Shown here piece after piece: positions 1-9,911 of a stretch of DNA of 64,000 nucleotides. Source of the stretch: an uncultured Gammaproteobacteria bacterium (GTDB lineage: Bacteria > Patescibacteriota > Microgenomatia > Daviesbacterales > UBA10151); contig CAZCNP010000001.1 of assembly GCA_964500725.1 (NCBI GenBank), positions 64,766-128,765 on the forward strand. The letters run 5' to 3'. The notes under the pieces are model-generated. The model was not told the origin of the DNA, made no database searches, and was given only the letters and a program-made list of their open reading frames with translations. Positions within the stretch are counted from its first letter, which is position 1. Each line of letters starts with the position of its first letter. The position numbers and the translations under genes are program-made.

Positions 1-1037
1 CCACTATCTCTAGGTTACTTGAACCTTTTAGTATTAATGTGGGAATTTATACAGGCAGCAAGAAGAGTATCAAGAATGCTGATGTTTATATTGGCACCCA
101 TGCTCTTTTATCAAAAAAACTTCTAACCCAAGATGTAGGCCTTGTAATAGTTGATGAACAGCAAAGATTTGGAGTACAGCAAAGAAGCTTTTTAAGATCA
201 AGGGCAAAGCTGCCACATTTTTTAACCACCACAGCTACCCCTATTCCCAGAACTGTAGCTTTAACTTTATATGGAGATTTAGACCTTTCTGTTATTGATG
301 AGCTGCCCAAAAATAGGCAAAAAATACAAACCTTTGTTGTTTTATCCAAAAAAAGGTCAGATGCCTACAAATTTATAGAAAAGAAAGTTAAAGAAGGAGA
401 CCAGGTTTATATTATCACTCCTTTAATAGAGGAATCAGAAACTTTAAAATCTGTCAGAGCTGCCAAAGTTGAGTTTGAAAGACTGCAAAGGGAAGTTTTT
501 CCTAATTTAAAGTTAGGTCTTTTGCATGGCAGATTAAAGGGGAAAGAAAAAGATCAAGTCATGCAGGACTTTAAAAATTTTAAGATTGATATCTTGGTGT
601 CCACCTCTGTTGTTGAAGTTGGCATGGATGTTACCAATGCTACCATTATGGTAATAGAGTCTGCAGAAAGATTTGGCCTGGCTCAACTTCATCAGCTCCG
701 AGGCAGGGTAGGCAGGGGTGCTAAACAGTCTTACTGTTTGCTTTTTACAGAAATAGAAGAACCCTCTATTTTGAACAGGTTAAGAAATATGGAAAAAATA
801 GATGATGGAATGAAACTGGCAGAATTGGATCTAAAAATAAGAGGAGCAGGAGAGATTCTTGGCACAAAACAATCTGGAAGATTTGAGTTAAAAATTGCTG
901 ACTTTTCAGATATTCACCTGGTAGAAAAAACCAGAAAGGCTGCATCTGATATTTTAAAAATTGACCCCACACTTGACAAATACCCATCCCTCAAGGCAAA
1001 ATTACAAAATAGCGCATCAGAAGTGATGCCTGATTGA
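1..1037 (+). CDS. recG: ATP-dependent DNA helicase RecG, 5'-truncated by window edge
   Basis: DEQQRFGV, TATPIPRT, AERFGLAQLHQLRGRVGRG and DLKIRGAGEILGTKQSG motifs; frame is open back to the window start. Confidence 0.95.
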   Translation, partial: TISRLLEPFSINVGIYTGSKKSIKNADVYIGTHALLSKKLLTQDVGLVIVDEQQRFGVQQRSFLRSRAKLPHFLTTTATPIPRTVALTLYGDLDLSVIDELPKNRQKIQTFVVLSKKRSDAYKFIEKKVKEGDQVYIITPLIEESETLKSVRAAKVEFERLQREVFPNLKLGLLHGRLKGKEKDQVMQDFKNFKIDILVSTSVVEVGMDVTNATIMVIESAERFGLAQLHQLRGRVGRGAKQSYCLLFTEIEEPSILNRLRNMEKIDDGMKLAELDLKIRGAGEILGTKQSGRFELKIADFSDIHLVEKTRKAASDILKIDPTLDKYPSLKAKLQNSASEVMPD

Positions 1038-1049
1038 AGAAAAAAACAT

Positions 1050-1244
1050 ATGGCTGGAGAACCAAAAAGAAGACATTCTAAAGCACAAAAAAGAACCAGA
1101 AGAGCTGCAATTAAACTTTCAGTAAATCTGGTAAATTGCCAAAACTGTGGCAAATTAACTTTGTCTCACATAGTTTGTAAAAACTGTGGATTCTATAGAG
1201 GAAAAGCTGTAGAAAAAGAAAAAGTTCAAGTGATCAAGGCATGA
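1050..1244 (+). CDS. rpmF: 50S ribosomal protein L32
   Basis: PKRRHSK...RR N-terminus and CxxC...HxxCxxCGFY zinc ribbon. Confidence 0.95.
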   Translation: MAGEPKRRHSKAQKRTRRAAIKLSVNLVNCQNCGKLTLSHIVCKNCGFYRGKAVEKEKVQVIKA

Positions 1245-1609
1245 AGACCAAGTCTGACCCAAGACACCTCAAAAGAAGACAACTCATGCAAGACTTGTTT
1301 TCCTGGCAATTTGGCAAAAGCAAAAAACCTGCAAAAGATATATCTGAGATAATCCCACAGCTTTCAAAGATTGATAAATTAATCTCTAAAGCTGCTCCAG
1401 ATCGGCCAATCAGTCAAATCAACAAGATTGATTTAGCTATCTTGCGTTTAGCAGTTTTTGAGTTAATAATAGATAAAGGGGTGCCTGTTAAAGTGGTCAT
1501 AGATGAGGCAGTAGAGTTGGGCAAAGAATATGGTTCTGACTCATCTGCCAGTTTCATAAATGGTGCTTTAGGTAAATTGGTAGAACTAAAGAAAATTAAA
1601 ACAACATGA
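1241..1609 (+). CDS. nusB: Transcription antitermination factor NusB
   Basis: IDLAILRLAVFEL, VVIDEAVELGKEYG, FINGALG. Confidence 0.93.
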   Translation: MKTKSDPRHLKRRQLMQDLFSWQFGKSKKPAKDISEIIPQLSKIDKLISKAAPDRPISQINKIDLAILRLAVFELIIDKGVPVKVVIDEAVELGKEYGSDSSASFINGALGKLVELKKIKTT

Positions 1610-1842
1610 ATCAAGAAGCACAAATTTTACAAGCTATTGCAGAATATTTAAGCCTGTCTGTTGAAGACCTAGACCGTCATGCCCTACTTCGTGATGAGTT
1701 AAACTTAGGACCCATTGAGCTAAATGACCTTCTTTCATATTTATCAGATAAATTTAAAGTTACCTTTGATGAAACAGATTTAGAGGATTTAAAAAAGGTT
1801 GATGATCTGATTGTTTTGATTGAGGATAACTTATTAGATTAA
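1606..1842 (+). CDS. Acyl carrier protein-like, lacking the canonical DSL serine
   Basis: 78 aa, acidic, ACP-like pattern, located directly upstream of rnc as acpP often is. Confidence 0.65.
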   Translation: MNQEAQILQAIAEYLSLSVEDLDRHALLRDELNLGPIELNDLLSYLSDKFKVTFDETDLEDLKKVDDLIVLIEDNLLD

Positions 1843-2531
1843 TGCCAAATAATGATTTTACAAACCTTTTAAGCCTTCTGCATTTAAAATTTAACAACAT
1901 CAAATTACTGCAGCAGGCTTTCTTGCACAGATCCTACTTAAATGAAGTCAAGACCTATCCGGAGTCTAATGAGCGATTGGAGTTTTTGGGTGATTCTGTT
2001 TTATCTTTGATAATCTCTTATTATTTATATAGCTCAAGACCGCAAGACTCAGAAGGAGAGCTAACCAACTTAAGAGCTCATATTGTCAAAACTAAATCCC
2101 TTGCCCAAGCAGCGCAGAAATTAAGTTTAGGAAAATATCTAAAGCTTTCCAAAGGTGAGGAAAGTTCCGGAGGAAGAGAAAATCCACAACTTTTGGCCAA
2201 CACCTACGAATCCCTTTTAGGAGCAATTTATTTGGACCAAGGTTTAGAAGTTACCAAAAAAATAATTGATAAAACACTGCTTCCTAATTTTGCAGAAGCT
2301 TTAAAAATGGGTCCGCCAAAGGATGCAAAGTCTTCTCTGCAGGAAATAGTCCAACAAAAGTTAAAAGAATCTCCCCATTATAAAATCTTAAAAACCCAAG
2401 GCCCTGACCATGCAAAACTGTTTACTGTTGCTGTATATATCGGTGGCAAAGAGAAAGGCAGAGGAGTCGGCACCAGCAAACAAGTGGCTGAAGAGCAAGC
2501 AGCTGCCATGGCTTTAGAACAGCTGGCTTAA
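1842..2531 (+). CDS. rnc: Ribonuclease III
   Basis: HRSY...[12 protein letters not shown] signature; C-terminal dsRBD (KSSLQE...GPDH...AEEQAA). Confidence 0.97.
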   Translation: MPNNDFTNLLSLLHLKFNNIKLLQQAFLHRSYLNEVKTYPESNERLEFLGDSVLSLIISYYLYSSRPQDSEGELTNLRAHIVKTKSLAQAAQKLSLGKYLKLSKGEESSGGRENPQLLANTYESLLGAIYLDQGLEVTKKIIDKTLLPNFAEALKMGPPKDAKSSLQEIVQQKLKESPHYKILKTQGPDHAKLFTVAVYIGGKEKGRGVGTSKQVAEEQAAAMALEQLA

Positions 2532-2540
2532 AAGTCTCCT

Positions 2541-2570
2541 TTGCATTTTTGAATACGCTTGTTGTATACT
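2541..2570 (+). promoter_or_regulatory. Sigma70-like promoter of rpsP, probably leaderless
   Basis: TTGCAT-N18-TATACT; ATG starts after a 7-nt gap; no Shine-Dalgarno. Confidence 0.55.
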
Positions 2571-2577
2571 TACTTCC

Positions 2578-2949
2578 ATGCTAAAAATCCGTTTAATGAG
2601 AATAGGCGCAAAACAAAGACCTTTCTACCGCGTAGTGGCGGTGGATGAACGTGCCAAAAGAACTGGAGCCTACATTGAACTTCTGGGAACCTACAATCCT
2701 TTGACTGAACCCAAAGATATAAAACTTAAACAAGATAGAATTGATTACTGGATAAAACAGGGGGCCCAACCTTCGACTGGGTATTTAAGAATTATAGGTA
2801 AAGCCCCTCAAAGGCTACCTAGAAAACCAAAGAAGGAAAGCAAAAAAGAGGCTCCAGCTCAAGCTGTACAAGCTCAACAGGCAGAAGAGCCAAAAACAGA
2901 AGAAGTAAAGGAAGTGGAAGGCGAGAAAACTGATGAAAGACCTGCTTAG
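2578..2949 (+). CDS. rpsP: 30S ribosomal protein S16
   Basis: [10 protein letters not shown]...PFYRVVA...IELLGTYNP...GAQPS. Confidence 0.97.
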   Translation: MLKIRLMRIGAKQRPFYRVVAVDERAKRTGAYIELLGTYNPLTEPKDIKLKQDRIDYWIKQGAQPSTGYLRIIGKAPQRLPRKPKKESKKEAPAQAVQAQQAEEPKTEEVKEVEGEKTDERPA

Positions 2950-3217
2950 TCTTATTGTTACTAGTTTAGTTACTAAACCTGAAGCTGTTTCAATTGATGA
3001 ACAAACAGCAGAAGGTAATGTTGATTTAAATTTAACAGTTGATCCAACTGATATGGGGCTAATAATTGGCAAAGGCGGTCAAACAATAAGGGCGATTAGA
3101 AAACTTTTAACAGTTAGGGCAATTGCTGAAAATGTCAGAGTAAACTTACAGCTAACTGAACCTGCAGGAGAACCTGGAGCTGTAAACCAGGAATCTAGCA
3201 AGCAAGCTAACGCTTAA
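2933..3217 (+). CDS. khpA: KH-domain RNA-binding protein (KhpA family)
   Basis: [17 protein letters not shown] GxxG motif; rpsP-KH-trmD synteny. Confidence 0.85.
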   Translation: MKDLLSLIVTSLVTKPEAVSIDEQTAEGNVDLNLTVDPTDMGLIIGKGGQTIRAIRKLLTVRAIAENVRVNLQLTEPAGEPGAVNQESSKQANA

Positions 3218-3228
3218 TTTCTAGGCTC

Positions 3229-3921
3229 ATGAAAATCTCTATCATTACTCTCTTTCCCCAAAGTTTTGAAACTATCTTAAACACTTCAATTTTAAAACGG
3301 GCTCAACAAAAAAAACTGGTAGAATTTGAACTTATTAACCTCCGTAATTTTGGAGAAGGCAGACATCAAGTAGTCGATGATAGACCCTACGGCGGAGGAG
3401 CTGGGATGGTTTTGAAAGCAGATATACTTGCCAAAGCAGTAAAATCTTTTTCCAAACTACGAACTGCGAACTATAAACTACGAACTATCTTAACTTCAGC
3501 CTCAGGTACTCCCTACAAACAATCAAAAGCTTTAAAGTTGTCTAAATTGGATCATATAGTCATAGTCTGTGGACATTATGAGGGAGTGGACCAAAGATTT
3601 ATTGAAAATTATATTGACGAGGAAATCTCCATTGGAGATTATATTTTAACAGGAGGGGAGATTCCAGCTATGGTTATTGCTGATTCTATAGTCAGACTTA
3701 TCCCAGGAGTTTTAGAAAAGCTAGAAGCCACTCAAAATGAGTCCTTCTCAGAAAACCTACTTGAGTATCCTCAATATACCAGGCCAGAGGAATTTGAAGG
3801 AAAAAAAGCGCCTGCAGTTTTGCTTTCTGGAAATCATGCTGAAATAAAAAAATGGCAGATGCAAAAATCACTGGAAAAAACCAAAAAAGTAAGAGGGGAT
3901 TTACTCACTCAAAAGGATTAG
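3229..3921 (+). CDS. trmD: tRNA (guanine-N1)-methyltransferase
   Basis: VDDRPYGGGAGMV, CGHYEGVDQR, SIGDYILTGGE, LEYPQYTRP. Confidence 0.97.
   Translation: MKISIITLFPQSFETILNTSILKRAQQKKLVEFELINLRNFGEGRHQVVDDRPYGGGAGMVLKADILAKAVKSFSKLRTANYKLRTILTSASGTPYKQSKALKLSKLDHIVIVCGHYEGVDQRFIENYIDEEISIGDYILTGGEIPAMVIADSIVRLIPGVLEKLEATQNESFSENLLEYPQYTRPEEFEGKKAPAVLLSGNHAEIKKWQMQKSLEKTKKVRGDLLTQKD
3455..3488 (+). repeat. Heptamer tandem repeat (AACTACG-type, ~5 units) inside trmD
   Basis: aactacg aactgcg aactata aactacg aactat. Confidence 0.8.
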
Positions 3922-4609
3922 CCTTACCTCTAGGCGAAACTGGTCCTGTTTCAGAAGGAGCAGAAATAAAAGTATTACTGCTTTCTGCCAGCTTACTTAA
4001 AACTTGACTTTCTTTTTCACTAAACCCTGCTAAAGGAGCATCTGCGCCTCCTGAAGCAGGTGCAACCTGGGCATATAAAACATCCAGTTTTAACGAAGCA
4101 TCAACAATTTGTGAATCAGCCCCGGAAGAAACATCAAAGCTGCTTACCCTAATAAGTCTGGATGAACCTTCTAAATTATTTAACAAAGTCTGAAACATTA
4201 TCCTTGCTCCCTTAACCTCCACCTGAACAGGGAAACTATTAATATTGCCTGATTTATTAGAACTGGTATTCAAGGAAATAGAAGTAAGGCTAAACCCAGC
4301 CTGACTAACCAATTGTTGCAGCAATCCTAATGTACCTCCATAATCTCTTTCAGGAGGCAAAGATTCTAAAGCAAGTCTAACATGCGCAGATAAATCATCT
4401 TGATTTAGACTTTCTAAGGCTATAACCTTAGTTTCTAAAATTTTAGATTTAGCCATTAATTCATCTGCATTTTTTTGATTACTTATTAAGTTACTTATTT
4501 GTGGATAAATTACAAAGACAATTAAAAATAAACAAGATAATGCAACAATGGTAGGAAAAAGAAATAATTTATATGTTTGATAAAATTTTATAATCTCTTC
4601 TTTTTTCAT
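3905..4609 (-). CDS. Type IV pilus alignment protein, PilO-like
   Basis: N-terminal TM, coiled coil, LP...LQQL...RLI pattern, GKANPF end; third gene after pilM. Confidence 0.7.
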   Translation of the reverse strand: MKKEEIIKFYQTYKLFLFPTIVALSCLFLIVFVIYPQISNLISNQKNADELMAKSKILETKVIALESLNQDDLSAHVRLALESLPPERDYGGTLGLLQQLVSQAGFSLTSISLNTSSNKSGNINSFPVQVEVKGARIMFQTLLNNLEGSSRLIRVSSFDVSSGADSQIVDASLKLDVLYAQVAPASGGADAPLAGFSEKESQVLSKLAESSNTFISAPSETGPVSPRGKANPFE

Positions 4610-5151
4610 ATGCCTTTAATTTTTAAACTCATTCTGTAAACCCCATCTCTGCCTCTGTTAAGACTATCTAGGGAGATTTTACTGATTTTATTCTCATTCG
4701 TCTCCTTGGTAGTCAGAGTGCTAACTATATTGTCTAAAGTAGTCGAATCAGGCACCGTAATCAACAAAGCAGCCTCTCCTGACTGATCAACGGTGATTGA
4801 ATTGATAACTACAGAAGAAGATAATAATTTATCAATTACTTGATAAAGCAAGGTTTGCTTTGAGGGCGTCCCTAAATATTGATCGATTGTTGTCAGCCTA
4901 TTTTTTAACAGGGACAATGAAGATTCTACACTTTGTAAACTGGAGACTCTTTGTTGCTGCTCGCTGACTTTGGCTTGCACTTCAACAACATTACGACTCT
5001 GTAAAACACTCAAAGCTACAGTTAAAGAGGCCAAAAAAATCATAATCAAAAAAACTGTTACCCCAGCAAACTGAATCTTGTAGAACTTTTTTCTCTTGGT
5101 ATACTCAGTCAGTATTTCAGGGGGCAGTAAATTAACTGCAATTTTTGCCAT
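4606..5151 (-). CDS. Type IV pilus alignment protein, PilN-like
   Basis: VNLLP motif, TM helix and coiled coil; follows pilM. Confidence 0.8.
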   Translation of the reverse strand: MAKIAVNLLPPEILTEYTKRKKFYKIQFAGVTVFLIMIFLASLTVALSVLQSRNVVEVQAKVSEQQQRVSSLQSVESSLSLLKNRLTTIDQYLGTPSKQTLLYQVIDKLLSSSVVINSITVDQSGEAALLITVPDSTTLDNIVSTLTTKETNENKISKISLDSLNRGRDGVYRMSLKIKGI

Positions 5152-5154
5152 CTT

Positions 5155-6192
5155 TTAATCCTCCCTTAAAGCCAAACCAACAGCAACAGAATAAGAAGGC
5201 GCGTCCTGAGAAAGTTTCATTACTGAGGCTTTATCACGAGTAATAGAATACCAGGGATCAGCTTCTTGAACCTCCAAGCCTAAAGCATTAGCAAGATAGA
5301 TTACTAAACCTGGCATCTTTGCTCCACCGCCTGAAACTACCACTCTTTTAACAGGGTTTTGGGGATATTTGGTATCAAAAGCCTGGATTACTCTTTTTCC
5401 CTCAGAGGCAATAATATCAACAATAGGCTTTAAAGCCTCATAGACTTTCCCCTCCAGTTGCTCTTCTGTAAGCCCATAAATTCTTTTATATTGCTCTGCC
5501 TGGTTTACCTCAAAATTAAAATGTTGAGCCAAAGCGCGTGTTAAGGCCAGTCCTCCTGTAGAGATGGACCTTGTAAACCAGATAAGACCTTTAGCAACCG
5601 CTGCAAAGTCAGTAGATGCAGCCCCAAGCTGCACAATTAAAGTAGTAGGGGAAAATGGGTTATTTCCTACCAAAGACCTGCTGACAGCAATAGCTTCTGT
5701 TTCCAGTATCCTTGGAGTAAGTCCTGCAAAATTTAATACTTGTAAGTACTTGGAAACTATCCTTTTAGGAGAGGCAATTACCAGTACTACAGTTCTGGCA
5801 TTTTTTTCTTTTTCATTTGATCTTACCAATACCTGCCAGTTCAAGTTTACATCATTTAAAGACATTGGAATAAACTCCTCAGCTGCATAACGGATTGTTG
5901 ATTGAAGCTCTGCATCAGTTAAGTAAGGAAGATCATCAATAACCCTGGTAAATACCCTTGATTCAGGCAGGGCTACCACTATTTCTTTAGTATCAATCTT
6001 GGTAGCTGCAAATAACTGCTTTATAGAATTTGCCAAAGCCTCCAAATCAACATCGGCATCAGAAATAAGTCCAGGTTGAGGTGAAAGAACTGTTCCTAAG
6101 GAAACAAGCTTATACTGCTCCCCATTTTTCTCAAGCGATACAACCTTTATCAAAGATGATCCAATATCTAAACCAACAGAAATTTTTCCCAT
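5155..6192 (-). CDS. pilM: Type IV pilus assembly protein PilM
   Basis: GLDIGSSLIKVV, VVSGGGAKMPGL, YSVAVGLALR actin-like motifs. Confidence 0.92.
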   Translation of the reverse strand: MGKISVGLDIGSSLIKVVSLEKNGEQYKLVSLGTVLSPQPGLISDADVDLEALANSIKQLFAATKIDTKEIVVALPESRVFTRVIDDLPYLTDAELQSTIRYAAEEFIPMSLNDVNLNWQVLVRSNEKEKNARTVVLVIASPKRIVSKYLQVLNFAGLTPRILETEAIAVSRSLVGNNPFSPTTLIVQLGAASTDFAAVAKGLIWFTRSISTGGLALTRALAQHFNFEVNQAEQYKRIYGLTEEQLEGKVYEALKPIVDIIASEGKRVIQAFDTKYPQNPVKRVVVSGGGAKMPGLVIYLANALGLEVQEADPWYSITRDKASVMKLSQDAPSYSVAVGLALRED

Positions 6193-6214
6193 CCTAAAAT
6201 TATTTTAGAACAAA

Positions 6215-6245
6215 CTATACCCTAAACGCTATACCCTAAACCCTA
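6215..6245. repeat. Heptamer tandem repeat (CTAWACC-type) upstream of pilM
   Basis: ctatacc ctaaacg ctatacc ctaaacc cta. Confidence 0.7.
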
Positions 6246-8036
6246 CTTTACCTGGTATGTTCCTTTTACTAGAGAAAAAGCTCCTGAAGGACCAGAGGTA
6301 AACATGCTGCTTGCCAAACCTGTTTCATAATCTATAGTGGAATTGTTAATAAGCTTTATCTTCCAGGCTGTTAACTCGGCAAATCTGTTGCCTGTTCCAG
6401 GCTCAATGATACCATTACCAGCATAATATACTCCTGTGTTACCATTACTGTTTACTTTTATTGCTGATAGGCCAGTAGTTCTTGAGTCATAATTTGATAA
6501 CACCATCAGCAAGCTGCTGCCTGTACCTGTCCCATTTAGATGATTATTGCTGTTCATTTCAAACTGCCCATCAATAATGATTACTCCCGATGAATATCCA
6601 TAGCTTGAATCAAGTGTTAGAGTGTTATTACTGTTTAATGTTAAATTACCTGTAATCCAAAGCGGGCTTTTGACTGTAATAGAACAACCACTGCCTAAGT
6701 TAACATTCCCGTTAATTTTTTTGGAATTAAGTATACTGACACAACCGTTTATATCACCTGTACTTTCCCCATTGCTCTGAGCAGTTTCTTTCCAATCTGC
6801 CACATTTGCATCTGAGATTGGAAAAACCTTGGGTGGTGAATCAGCAGAACCCGGGTGAGAGGTCCCAGATACAGTTGAGGAAATAATAGTTTGGTAGTAT
6901 GCATCTTTGCTGATTGTTAAATTCTCAATAGTGTTGGCATGAACATTGCCGCCAACCGTCATCTTATTGGAACCTGCTCTGATTGAAGTTGGAGCTCCTC
7001 CTAAATATAATCTAAAGCTTAAATCTAAACTTGGAATGGTTGCATTCCATGTTGGGTTCCCAGTTGACCAATTAGAAGACCATTTAGGCAAACCTCTCAA
7101 GTAACCTTGGGCCAAATCAGCCTGCCAGGACCAATAATTATTATTATCTTGGGTAGTATCAATCATAATCCAGTAAGTTGTATCTGATGTAACTGCAGGG
7201 GAAGAGGCAAAACCAACATCAATCCAACCATATTGGTCGGTCACTAAACTGCCAAATAAAGTACCTGAGGTTAATACTGCATTTTTATCCGGCCTGCCAT
7301 CTTTATCTTGCAAAATCCTCACTGTTGCATCAGCAGGATTGCCAATTTTTTTTATCTTTAAAGTTATTTTATTTATCGAGCCGGAAGTTGCCGGCTGAAA
7401 AGACTGGGCTGCATCAAACCTATCCTCTCCGTTGATATTCCTCCCGAAAGAAAAATCCTGACAATTACCATCAGTGCAATCTGTATCCTGGTCAGTCTCA
7501 GTTGCCGGCCCTCCAGCCACCCAAGCATCTCCTGTGATTACATTATCATTTCCTGCTGTAATATTACCATTTGAATAAATTGATCCCTCAACCCTGTTGC
7601 TATTGCCTAAATCTAAACCTCCATCTCCAACCTGCAGTCCATAAGTAAAAGCAATGCCAACCCCGTTTGATGCTGTAATCTTCACAGTTCTTTTGGCTCT
7701 GGCTTTTGCTTTATTGGGGATATAGCCGGTTGATTGAATAACTTTGGTAGAAGCATCAGAAGAGGTGATAGTCACGGAATATGATCCATCCCCAAAAACG
7801 GTTTCCAGCTCTCCGTTATAACTTCCAGCTGTGGCATTCAAAGCTGTTAAAGCCTTATCTGCTCCTGCTTCAGCTAAAGCTGTTGCTTTCTCTGCATCTG
7901 CAGCATAGAAGGCATTAGAAAAATAAACCTGGGCACCACCAACAACAAACAGCACCGTAAAAAGAACAACCCCTAAGGCTACAAACACAATAACTAAAAT
8001 CTGTCCTTTTTGGCTTAAATGTAAGTTTTTTTTCAC
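6243..8036 (-). CDS. Large PilX-like minor pilin / tip adhesin with beta-rich C-terminus
   Basis: QKG|QILVIVF class III-like leader; ALAEAGA PilX N-terminal motif; Gly/Asn/Thr-rich repeats. Confidence 0.7.
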   Translation of the reverse strand: MKKNLHLSQKGQILVIVFVALGVVLFTVLFVVGGAQVYFSNAFYAADAEKATALAEAGADKALTALNATAGSYNGELETVFGDGSYSVTITSSDASTKVIQSTGYIPNKAKARAKRTVKITASNGVGIAFTYGLQVGDGGLDLGNSNRVEGSIYSNGNITAGNDNVITGDAWVAGGPATETDQDTDCTDGNCQDFSFGRNINGEDRFDAAQSFQPATSGSINKITLKIKKIGNPADATVRILQDKDGRPDKNAVLTSGTLFGSLVTDQYGWIDVGFASSPAVTSDTTYWIMIDTTQDNNNYWSWQADLAQGYLRGLPKWSSNWSTGNPTWNATIPSLDLSFRLYLGGAPTSIRAGSNKMTVGGNVHANTIENLTISKDAYYQTIISSTVSGTSHPGSADSPPKVFPISDANVADWKETAQSNGESTGDINGCVSILNSKKINGNVNLGSGCSITVKSPLWITGNLTLNSNNTLTLDSSYGYSSGVIIIDGQFEMNSNNHLNGTGTGSSLLMVLSNYDSRTTGLSAIKVNSNGNTGVYYAGNGIIEPGTGNRFAELTAWKIKLINNSTIDYETGLASSMFTSGPSGAFSLVKGTYQVK

Positions 8037-8038
8037 TG

Positions 8039-8614
8039 TTAGATATTTCTTAGGTTCGCCTCAGATGTGGCTATATTAGTCTCAAAAGAGGCTCCGCTTC
8101 TTTGCTTTATAACCAAAGTCATTTTTATCCTAATTGCTGCAGTAGGAATAACTTCCCGAGGAGGAATTGCTGAGTTAAAGTATTGGAAGGTTAAGTTATC
8201 TATAGAGGTAGAAAAAATTCGGTCTGCTGTTTTTCTGGAGCTTGCAGAATCAGGAAACACTTTAAAGTGTAAGGTATTGGAATCTAGATAAAATATGTAG
8301 TAATCATAGGTGTCTGTAATAACGCTATTTGAAGAATCAATAGCAGGAACCTGTAGCACAAGTTGATTACTGCCAGATGTATAAGTATCGGAACCGTTAG
8401 TATACTGCTCAGCTACAGTATAAGCCTGCTTAATACTGCTTCTGACTACCACTAGAGCATCATTACTGTTTAAACCCATCTGCACCTTAGAAGACTGGTT
8501 GGTAAAAAGGCCTGCGCTGTTGACTATTATCACCAATAGTAATACTCCAACAATTGCAGTAATCCCCATTGCTATCAAAACCTCAACAAGGGTCAACCCT
8601 TTCTCAACTCTCAT
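8039..8614 (-). CDS. PilW-like minor pilin
   Basis: KG|LTLVEVLIAM prepilin motif. Confidence 0.8.
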   Translation of the reverse strand: MRVEKGLTLVEVLIAMGITAIVGVLLLVIIVNSAGLFTNQSSKVQMGLNSNDALVVVRSSIKQAYTVAEQYTNGSDTYTSGSNQLVLQVPAIDSSNSVITDTYDYYIFYLDSNTLHFKVFPDSASSRKTADRIFSTSIDNLTFQYFNSAIPPREVIPTAAIRIKMTLVIKQRSGASFETNIATSEANLRNI

Positions 8615-9072
8615 TGGTTTATTCCTCCTTCTCCAATCATGGTTTTTAAAGTAACATTTTGCAGTTTACTATTATCCTTCCAGGTAATTGTGACTGAAAC
8701 CTGTTTTATATGCTCTCCATTAGTACAAATCTGCTCACTGCAATTCTCAACAACTACATTTCCAGCTCCAGAAGGCAGCAAACTTAAACGGTTATCGGCA
8801 ATAGGGGAATTATCATTTACTAGATTAATGTAGCTTATTGTTCTTTTGTCCTCAATTTGTTTGGCTGCTATTTCTCTGGCCAGAGAAAGATGCCTGCTTT
8901 TACCAATTAGCATCATTGCATTAGGAATACTTGCCATCAAAAATACAATGGACCCTACGATCACTATAACCAGAAGAGACTCTATCAAAGAAAAACCACG
9001 GGAAGAATGTAAAATGTAAAATGTAAAATGTAAAATTCTTTTTGGCTTAATTGTAAATTGTACATTGTACAT
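8611..9072 (-). CDS. PilV-like minor pilin; leader largely encoded by heptamer repeats
   Basis: RG|FSLIESLL; KQVSVTITW motif; start codon uncertain. Confidence 0.75.
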   Translation of the reverse strand: MYNVQFTIKPKRILHFTFYILHSSRGFSLIESLLVIVIVGSIVFLMASIPNAMMLIGKSRHLSLAREIAAKQIEDKRTISYINLVNDNSPIADNRLSLLPSGAGNVVVENCSEQICTNGEHIKQVSVTITWKDNSKLQNVTLKTMIGEGGINQ

Positions 9073-9082
9073 TGTAAATTTA
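9006..9082. repeat. Two heptamer arrays (AATGTAA x4; ATTGTAM x4)
   Basis: Read directly at 9006-9033 and 9049-9082. Confidence 0.85.
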
Positions 9083-9907
9083 CTTATTTATCGTTCCTGC
9101 AGAAAAAATGGCATAGTCAAAAAAAGAGGGGACTACTTTATCAAGCCTGAATACTTGAATCTTTCTTTGGGTCTGACCAGAAGTCCCAGTCGCTGTAAAT
9201 ATCTTTGCCTGAACAGGCAGAGAACCTGAATTTGGTCTAACAGCAAATGCCTGGGATGTACTACTATAAAGCAATCTAGCACGCAGTAATATCAACTTAC
9301 TTAAACCTGGTAAAGTAGTCGAACTGACATCTATATCTTTTCCACAAAGAAATGTTTTGTCAGTATCAGGAGATAAGGAGGTTGGAATCGCTGGCGAGGA
9401 ACAAGTAACAACATCAAAACCGGCACTTCTACCACTTATTGATTCTAGGAAATATTTATGGCTCTTATACTCACCTGAGGCATCATATATTACAGTTATT
9501 TCTATTGCGGGACGATCTGAACCAGCAGTTACCTCTGCATTTCCCCAATACACAGCTAGTGTTGAATAGTCATAAACCTTAGCCAAATCACTTGGATTAG
9601 CTAACCAGACTTGGGCCATTTCTTCCTTGCCAATTGGTGGATATTCTAGTGCATTGGTTCCAGCAGGCACAGTATTCATATCAACAGCAGAAGAATTATT
9701 GTCTAAAGTAAACTCATCTACTGTGGCTCCAGTTTGAATGGCTTTTTCTATACCTGCCTCAGCTGCAGAAAAAGCTCTGGAGGATTGTTCTACCTTACTG
9801 GCAGTGGAAACATCAGAAAGAGATCTCTGGACAACTGAAATCCCTATCCCCAAAGCCACAGTCATTACCAAAATCAATATTAAAACAACCTGTCCCTTTT
9901 CTCTCAT
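9080..9907 (-). CDS. PilX-like minor pilin
   Basis: KG|QVVLILIL; SSRAFSAAEAGIE PilX N-terminal motif. Confidence 0.8.
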   Translation of the reverse strand: MREKGQVVLILILVMTVALGIGISVVQRSLSDVSTASKVEQSSRAFSAAEAGIEKAIQTGATVDEFTLDNNSSAVDMNTVPAGTNALEYPPIGKEEMAQVWLANPSDLAKVYDYSTLAVYWGNAEVTAGSDRPAIEITVIYDASGEYKSHKYFLESISGRSAGFDVVTCSSPAIPTSLSPDTDKTFLCGKDIDVSSTTLPGLSKLILLRARLLYSSTSQAFAVRPNSGSLPVQAKIFTATGTSGQTQRKIQVFRLDKVVPSFFDYAIFSAGTINK

Positions 9908-9911
9908 ATTT

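Noticed and set aside
2578-3921. Absence of rimM between khpA and trmD
   Set aside because: True for this window, but rimM may lie elsewhere and its loss is unremarkable in reduced genomes.
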